In this document: positions 55,529-63,973 of the stretch, piece by piece
Layout of the letters: each line of letters starts with the position of its first letter
Numbering within the stretch: the stretch's first letter is position 1
Source of the DNA: Octopus vulgaris
Lineage: Eukaryota
Assembly (NCBI GenBank): GCA_951406725.2
Contig: OX597815.1
Location: 102,734,028-102,798,000 of the forward strand
Direction: 5' to 3'
Length of the DNA stretch: 63,973 bases
Notes under the pieces: model-generated
Told to the model about the DNA's origin: nothing
The model's database searches: none
The model's input: the letters and a program-made list of their open reading frames with translations, nothing else
Program-made: the position numbers and the translations under genes

Positions 55529-56345
55529 AAGGTTTTGACATGCAAGAGATTAATCCTTGTTCTCCTTTCTGAAAAGCTTTGTTTTTAAGTATCAGAATAT
55601 ATTTTGCTAATATCAGCCAGCTTAATATATGGCTCCACTGAGAGTATACTAACCGAGAAGAAAACAGGTCTTTGTAGCCAGGGGTAAAATCTGTTTCTCG
55701 GCTCTTCCCTATCCTGAAGTTTACAATCTAAATAACATCACCATTGATGCAATATGCTTTTGGCTCAATACAGTGAAAATTATATTTTCAGATTTCGTGT
55801 TGCCCTATTGCATCTTGGTTACACTTATTTTTCTTGCGTCAGAATTTTCTCTTGATAAATCTACATCGCCTCGAGAAGAACATCCTATGATTCTATTGTC
55901 TCCTTCCTAAACTGTTTGTATTTTTTGTGGCAACCTCTCTTTTATGACGGAAATTCTCACTGTCAAATGTCAAAAGTGTTTTGTGTCATTAAACTTTTTG
56001 CTCCAATGATTAAAAAGATTTGTACAGGCTAAAGAAAATATCATCAAAACTAAAACGAGCGATCCTTTAAAATTTGGATTTATAGCAGGTGTACATGTAA
56101 AACCTTTCTCTGTATATTATTTTCAGTATCTTTCAAACGAATCTATGAAATATATCTTATCCAGGGCATATTTCAAGACGAAAGATGCTGCTCAGGTAAA
56201 TTCTATATTATGATAATTTTAAACATTAAAAGAGAAGTTCGGAAGTCAATCAACAATCAAATGTTACGGATAATCGCACTCCTGAGGCAACTTATGAAAT
56301 GTCGCTCCTTACAAAGATAACTGGAAATCATTCTATTGGAGCGTA

Positions 56346-56505
56346 TTACCGCTATCCGCGGGTGCCTCGGGAAAAAATAAGTTGACAAAACCCAGGTAGG
56401 ATGTTGACGAATGTCCTCTTAAAATTGGAGCGACATGTGTGCTAATTTGTGGACGTGCATAAACTACATTCACGTACACACACACACACACAAACACACA
56501 CATCC
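56346..56505 (-). mobile_element. Second partial copy of the Helitron 5' region
   Basis: ttaccgctatccgc...cgggaaaaaataagttgacaaaacccagg...cgtgcataaactacattcacgtacacacac matches 55318-55443. Confidence 0.85.
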
Positions 56506-57162
56506 TAATAAAGCCACCGATATCAACATTCTTCAAAACTATTCTGGATATAGGTGAAAATAGGTGAAATGTATGTAATTATGTAACAACATTTTTGCAG
56601 CAAAAGAGATGATGTGAGCAGAAATGTAAAAGCACAATTTACTGCAAAGTTAAATTCTAAGAAATACAGAATAAAAGATAATCATTCTCATCTTCGTTAT
56701 TTGCGAGTTATATTAATTATCGAAATTGTTTTGAGAATTTTTCTTCAAAGCACCGCCCGAGAAAGTAACACTAAATTTAAAATGAGTTTGTAGGATAATA
56801 ATGTTGTGCTGAAAAGGCTACCACTGCTAATCACCGATTAAAATTCACAAAGAATTACAAACTAGAAATTTGTCACGTGCACTGTTTGATTCACTGAAAA
56901 ATAAATTTTAGTCACTGGCAAATTTTCACTCATTCTAAGTGGAAAATGAAAAACTAAGAATATGCACCATTACTAGCAATGCTAATACTAAATGTGAGCG
57001 ACTGGTTTAAAAGGCTTTCATTGTTAAGTATGCAAACTATGTGATACCATTACTTCCCGCTGGTTTAGGCGGCTGTAAAAGAGTAATTTTGAACAAATTA
57101 ATGAATCTTTTTGATATCTATAGCTAAGTTTTATTCATCTGAATCTAAATTTTGCTGAACTC

Positions 57163-57194
<32 letters not shown>

Positions 57195-57273
57195 ATTGCA
57201 GAGTGGAAGGTGTTTATAAGCCATATAAGAAACACACAAAAGCCGTTCGATTCACTTCAACATTTAAGTTTAA

Positions 57274-57323
57274 TTTGTCAAAATATTTTCGTCGCTAAAA
57301 TCCGCGACCTGTTCACTGACAAA
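57274..57323 (-). ncRNA. Hammerhead-like motif, G3-C8 core variant (left arm)
   Basis: Exact reverse complement of 58416-58465. Confidence 0.7.
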
Positions 57324-58415
57324 GTCTGTGCTGCATCTAAGAAAGTAACAGTTAGTTCGTCATATATATGTACGTATGTATGTGTGTATGTATGCATACA
57401 TGTGTGTATGTATGTACGTATGCATGTACGCACATACGCCTGTGTATGCATGTATGTATGTATGTATGTATGTATGTATGTATGTATGTATATATGTATG
57501 TGTGTGTATATGCACGCACGTACACTCTATAAAACATAAAGCTATAAACCTGTAGCGATGGATGGATGTAGAGTGACCACTCATCACAAAGCTATCAAAG
57601 TTCAACTTCCTACGGCCGAAGCTAGAAAGTGAATTTATGACGCTTACTCCCAAAACTATACCCTAAAATCTATTATCAGATTTTTATCTCTATATCACAG
57701 AACTATTGTTTTACTATTGTGCGTATGTATATATGTATGTGCGTATGTATGTATGTATGTATGTATGTATGTATGTATGTATGTATGTATGTGTGTATGT
57801 ATGTGTGTATGTACATACGTACGCATGTGCGTATGTATGTATACGCGCTCGTGTGCATGCGCGCGTACGCATGTATGTACATACGCACATGCGTACGTAT
57901 GTACATACACACATACATACACACATACATACATACATACATACATACATACATACATACATACATACATACATACATACATACATACGCACATACATAC
58001 ATACGCACAATAGTAAAACAATAGTTCTGTGATATAGAGATAAAAATCTGATAATAGATTTTAGGGTATAGTTTTGGGAGTAAGCGTCATAAATTCACTT
58101 TCTAGCTTCGGCCGTAGGAAGTTGAAATTTGATAGCTTTGTGATGAGTGGTCACTCTACATCCATCCATCGCTACAGGTTTATAGCTTTATGTTTTATAG
58201 AGTGTACGTGCGTGCATATACACACACATACATACATACATACATACATACATACATACATACATACATACATACATACATACATACATGCATACACAGG
58301 CGTATGTGCGTACATGCATACGTACATACATACACACATGTATGCATACATACACACATACATACGTACATATATATGACGAACTAACTGTTACTTTCTT
58401 AGATGCAGCACGGAC

Positions 58416-58465
58416 TTTGTCAGTGAACAGGTCGCGGATTTTAGCGACGAAAATATTTTGACAAA
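58416..58465 (+). ncRNA. Hammerhead-like motif, G3-C8 core variant (right arm)
   Basis: tttgtca-GTGAACA-g-gtcgc-ggatttta-gcgac-GAAA-atat-T-T-tgacaaa. Stem I is 7 bp, stem II is 5 bp and stem III is the palindrome AATATT. CUGANGA reads GUGAACA. Confidence 0.7.
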
Positions 58466-58799
58466 TTAAACTTAAATGTTGAAGTGAATCGAACGGCTTT
58501 TGTGTGTTTCTTAAATGGCTTATAAACACCTTCCACGCTGCAATTGTTTTCGTTTTAGCGAGTACATCTCCGTAATATATATATATATATACATACATAT
58601 AAGCAGAATATCGCTTATTTGAAATAAAATAACGAACTTATCAAATGATCAGCATGGAAAAAATAACTTTCAAATGTAATAATTATGAAAATTATAAATT
58701 AGGGTATCTACGAGATACCATCATGCTGAAAATAACAGCCATGAACCGACTCTAAAACCACCTTAAGTTTTCATATAGCAACACGGAGAAAAGACAAAG

Positions 58800-60125
58800 A
58801 GACAACATGAAGCTAGTAAAAAGTTACTGGGTAATTATAGATCCGGGATTTCTGGATTTGCATTTAGAAAGGCTTTGCCTCGTCAGTAGAATATACTCAG
58901 AAAGAAACATAATACATATATATAAATACAACAAACGAATACTTACGTACACGAACGTTCGTGTATATATATACATATAGATGCATATATTTATATACAT
59001 AGACCTACACACACACAGGCAGACAGATATACAAACACACACACATACATATATATATATATCAGCACACATACATGTGCATATACTTACATATATACAT
59101 ATATACATATACATAGTGGCATTGTAAAATTACACGTCTAATATATGTTATTCACGTGCGGTTCTTCTTTAGTATGTTTCATGGTTACAGTTCATAAGGT
59201 TTTAACTCAGGGGGATTAATCCGAGTTGTTGGTGGTAGGTTTGCATCAGTCAGGTATGGTTTAGACTGTCTAATGTGAACGTGTGTTTAGTTGTATGCAC
59301 GCACCTGTGTAATCGTTCCCTAAATCTGTTTATAATGCGCTGCTTCGTTAATAAGAAACTCCTCGGAAAATATCTGGCATTTCCGAGATAATGTGCTAGA
59401 GGGACTCGCATGGACCAGCTCAGGTCGTATTTTGCCTTGTCTTCCATATGCCTCCATGTAAAATCAGCCAGTGATATTACATAACATTTAAGCATTTTTC
59501 GAAATATGGTTGCGATATCGATTTTTGAAAATAACAACTGATACACAGTTATATGCGTAAGGGCCACCTTTAGCGTTTATTGTGCACTTACACACCACAT
59601 TTCTGTGATCGTGCATTGATTGTCCAAGGGACATTTGGATCTGTCCCTGCATGAACATAATTGATCGTTTTTGGTTTGTTTGTGTGCAGCGAGCACTAGA
59701 CTAATTGGTTCTATTCACTACATTCGTGGTCATGGTTATCCTATTTTAATATTTATTATTTCCTAGTATATTTGTGTTGTTGTTTGAAATGTTGCTGGTA
59801 TGATGAGTTGGTTGTCATTATCATTACTACTACTAGGGGCGTATTCGCTTTTCCCACGGTATCCGGCCTTAGCCAGGGCTGTGTTATAATAGGGTGCGTG
59901 TTTGTTGAATATATCCTCGTTGGCGGATAATCGAGATATTCTGGCCGAGATGTTCTTAATTAGTCCCCTAATTATTGATGGTGGATGATTAGACCTAACA
60001 GTTACGTATTTTAGCCTCTCATTGAGTTTATGGAACGGTTCGTGTAGACTAGAATCCAAATCGAAAGTAGCGTCTAAAAAGTTCATTCAATGGTATTTGC
60101 TATTTATGGTGATAGAGAGTCCGAA
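58800..60125 (-). mobile_element. Third Penelope-like retroelement 3' portion, decayed
   Basis: NFLDATFDL...KLNERLKYVTVRSNHPPSIIRGLIKNISARISRLSANEDIF...YYNTALAKAGY (PLE RT thumb), Cys-rich linker CSCRDRSKCPLDNQC, and KYDLSWS. Downstream is tattcta-CTGACGA-gg (58886-58880), a hammerhead 5' half. Confidence 0.9.
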
Positions 60126-62556
60126 ATCTATATCTATATATATCTATATTTATATGTATGCATCTATATATCAATTTATCTGTCTATATACTCGCTTACA
60201 CATACACTTGGTATATACACATATAGGTACATGTGTATGTATACACAGCCACACTCACCTCGCATACACACAAACATACAGAAAATAGATAGCTGGACGG
60301 ACAGAGAAACAGATAGAACGAAAGACGTTTGACCAGTTATCAACCATTTTGTACTATATACCACGCCTCGCCAGAATTACTTGATATATCATCTATGTGA
60401 GCAGTATTTATTCGTGTTCATTAGTTCAAAATTGTTATGACTTTGCTGCTTTATTTTGAATACTTAAAATAGCTACAAGCACTGTCAATACTCATACGTG
60501 TAGCCCCTCCACCTTCCTATCTTCTATTATCAGACCTCGGACGTTTATACTCTGTGTTTTTCATCGACCGCTTCTCATCACGGCTGCGTATATTTAACCA
60601 GCCTTTGTAGAGTTACAATAATTTGATTTGTTAAGAAATAGTCATCATGTTTTTGCTGCTGTTGTTTATTCGGTTTCCTTGTTGATGTTGTGTAACATCC
60701 TAACAGCCGTGATTCGGAAGAGTAATGGAACGTAGGAAGTCAATCGGATAATTAGGAAAATCGTGCAATTTACCAAATCGATTGCTGCAAATATATACTG
60801 TTTTCGCCCAGTTGAAGACATGGTTAATATTTAATTAGATAGGCGGCTGTGTAACAGTTTGGGTATTTTGTATTCTCAACACGTTAAAAAGATTTGTTGT
60901 TGCTTAGTCAGAAAACAGCTTGATCAAGAAAATTTGTAAACTAACCCTTCACGTTTCTGACAACATCTCTTAGTTTTACCTAATCTACTAGGTCTACCTT
61001 ATCTAATGTGTCCTTCCTTTAAGTCATTATGGGGATATTTGAGAGAGGTTTAGTTGTTATTTTTAACTACGAAGCAACTTTCTGGCTTACTCGAGCTGTG
61101 TGATTGTAAATTGTTGGGACCATTTCTTCAATCACATTCAAGGTGAACTGGAAAATAGTTGTGTAGAATCTAAGAGAAACGACTGCGCTATGGATTCTAT
61201 GTCATGCCATATTTAGCTATATTCTGTTTATTTTCTGACTATAGATCGCACCTGCGTCAACTTCAACTTTCATTCTACAGCAATGGAATAAATAAGAGCC
61301 AGCACTATACACCATTCAAATGAATCAATTACACCGCAATGAAATGTGTAACTAGTATCAATATTTTCGTCTAAGCTCAAACTTTGAGAGGGATTCTGTT
61401 GCATTTTTATTCTGCGTGGGGATAAACAATAGTGAGCTGGATGATTCAATTGACTTTCACGTAAAAGGCTAAGAGTAATCAGTTTTGTTCAGAAGAGGTC
61501 TTCTTTTCACTCGAAAGACATTCAAATACGTTTCTTGCAAATTGCTCTGTACAAAAAGAGTAAATCTCAATCGCAGCCACGACTAATTTTGTTCCATAAG
61601 AACTCATAAATAAATAACGTATCAAAGTGCACTACTCACTTTAAAATATGTTTCTGAATGTGCAGAAATGCAATATAGTCACCAGAACTTTAGAATGTAT
61701 ATAAAAACAGGTGATCAAAGGCAGTCAATATTCTGTTCTCAATTCTGCAATGATTTGTATTATATTTAACAGAGAAGTTACTATTTCCATGTACGCTTAA
61801 AGTGTTTATAAATGAGAAATAGCATGAGTAAAGCTATAATTAAGTCCCTCAGCATGATAGAGAATGTTGTTTATGATATCGCGACAGTAGAAATTTATCA
61901 CTACTTCCGCATGGTTCTTTGACCAATTAGAAATATAATCATGTCCCCTCAAATCACAACATTGTCTTAAACATGGAGGGAAATTGTAGTTCATTGTATA
62001 TATGAAAACATGCTGTTAATGAATGGGATGCTTTTAAGCATATGGCTCTCTCGTTCAGTGCGAAAAAGCAATAACGCTTAATATAATTCCGTTTGATAGT
62101 ACGGCCGCCATCAGGTTGATGATAAAAAGTAAGGCTGCAATTAATGCTAGTGTCAGACTCAATAAGAACTTTTGAAATGTTGCAAGGGGTGAACGATATA
62201 CATGGAAAATTCAGAAGGAAGTAAAACTAGGAATAGTGGTTAGATCACACCTGCAGATGGGTACAATGGAAATAATTGAAAGTTGCAGTGACGAATATGT
62301 GGAGAGGAACAATGGCCTTGATTCTGGACGAACAAGCTCAGAAGAACTGAAATTTCAATTACTAACCACCAGCACACAAACAGTTAAGACGTAATCTCTA
62401 CCAGCAAACATGATAACCTTTATATAATTAATCACGGTACAAGAAATAGCGAAAAAAAGATTCTCTCTAATCGCAATAAAATACACGAAAGGTACATTCA
62501 AATAAATAGTTGGACACGCAATATATCTAAGAAGAAAAAAAAAACGGCTTCGTTCA

Positions 62557-62965
62557 TACGTGGTCTGATCAATAAGTATCAAGACTGCGGCCATAGTAAC
62601 GAAGCAAGAGCACAGAGAGTCCAACCGTTTAGCAAAAGATTGACCTTAGCCAACGCTGTGCTTGCACACTAAGGTTTAACGTTCTAGCTCACTTCCCCTG
62701 CTTACCGCAGTGCTTGGAAGTCGCATTGACAATGACAAAGTGAAGCAGAGACTCTGCATCAAATTTTGCCATCAGACGCCAACGCAAAGTTTTCAAAAAG
62801 TTTTTCTCATTCTCTACACAATCAAGGAAATCTTGTGCAACTGACACCCGAGTGTCTATTTGATCAGCTGAAAGCAGTATTAGCGCAAACTTGGCAGACA
62901 CGCGTCTCGTACTCAAATCTTCAATGATAGTGGATTGAATTGAACCGTAACTAATCTGCATATCC
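62557..62965. mobile_element. Rearranged mariner fragment (5' end on +, internal coding piece on -)
   Basis: Plus strand: TIR-like tacgtggtctgatcaataagtatc and start QRLCIKFCHQ (about 62745-62775). Minus strand 62780-62961: QISYGSIQSTIIEDLSTRRVSAKFALILLS...QDFLDCVENEKNFLKTL. Confidence 0.85.
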
Positions 62966-63973
62966 AGATGGTCTCTAACACATGCTAACTAACAGATGGT
63001 CTCATTTGTGCACAGAGGACATAAATTATTGTTAACACAAAATTTAAAATGAAAAATTCGACAAGATAGCGGCATTATTAATGATCTCATTTTTTCTTTT
63101 TTTACGTTCCATCACTTATCTTACTTCTTAGACAATTGAAGTAAAATGGTCCATTGGATTCCATTTTGGTACATGAATTTCTTTTTGTGGTGATTACAGA
63201 AATACATCTAAATATAATTCTTTACAATTGTTTTTTAATTTTTTTATCTACAATTTTAATTCTTATAAATCTCTATGTTTGAAACAGAAATATAGATACA
63301 ATCCAGGCTGGCAGTGTTTTTTCCGCATTTGGCATCAGCTATCAAATACTATTGAAACCTGACTCCTAAGAAAATAACAGGAAACGTTTTGCCGTATGCG
63401 AAATATAAGTAAGAGCGCTACATAATACATGCATACATACATACATACATACATACATACATACATACATACATACCAATTTTGAGAAATTAGGCTTCTC
63501 ACAACAAATTTGAAGACTACAGATCCAGTCCATCACTGGAACTATAAAAATCTGTAAAACTTTACAGAAGTTTATCATTTAAATATATACGAACATGTCT
63601 AGATTTGCAACTGTATGCATGAGAATACATACATAAAACATATGTATGTATTCACATACATACATGCATACATATATACATACATAAATACATACATACA
63701 AAAATGCCCTGTTGTTGATGTTGAAATTCCAACGAAAGAGCCTAGGTTAGAGCCAGGTACTTTCTCTATTGGCAAGGAACCTTGAAATAAACAGAATAAT
63801 AACATACGTACATATTAATTCAGTGCTGAAAAGTGAAGTGAGTAACATTGTACGAGTGGGCAGTGAACTCCTCAAGAAACACTTCCTGATGATCTCTACA
63901 GCCATAAAACAGCTGGGCTCTCTTACCCCAGAGAAAACCTGGATGGAAAGCACTCAGCATGCCAAAAAAAAAA

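Larger units (their letters stand above)
57189..58550. repeat. 1.36-kb near-perfect inverted repeat (arms about 650-670 bp, 40-nt spacer)
   Basis: 57189-57837 is the reverse complement of 57878-58550. I count four substitutions in the unique parts plus (CATA)n differences. Flanked by (TA)n. Confidence 0.97.

Noticed and set aside
57360-58379. Mirror ORFs starting MGVSVINSLSSFGRRKL in both palindrome arms
   Set aside because: They use a non-ATG start, run into (CATA)n, and are duplicated only because of the inverted repeat.

Overview
AT-rich, microsatellite-dense, repeat-dominated animal DNA. The SINE and repeat style suggests a cephalopod (Octopus-like), which is inference only. No host protein-coding gene is supported. 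The one long real ORF (24649-26775, +) is the RT of a young, 5'-truncated CR1-group LINE. The rest is fossil mobile DNA: mariner/Tc1 pieces, tRNA-derived SINEs, a canonical non-autonomous Helitron, a long-TIR foldback element, and decayed gypsy, RTE, hAT and piggyBac remnants. There are also three Penelope-like (GIY-YIG) retroelement 3' ends. The most notable hidden layer is RNA structure: about nine complete, decayed or half minimal type-I hammerhead ribozyme motifs with palindromic stem III. Two of them are a G3-C8 core-swapped variant, one near each end of a 1.36-kb near-perfect palindrome (57189-58550). A second hammerhead-derived fold-back (53929-55528) is visible only after removing the Helitron. 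Two tandem repeat families carry the hammerhead core words in reversed order on separate hairpins, and the SINE and LINE 3' tails share a structure. All folds were done by eye and none is tested.
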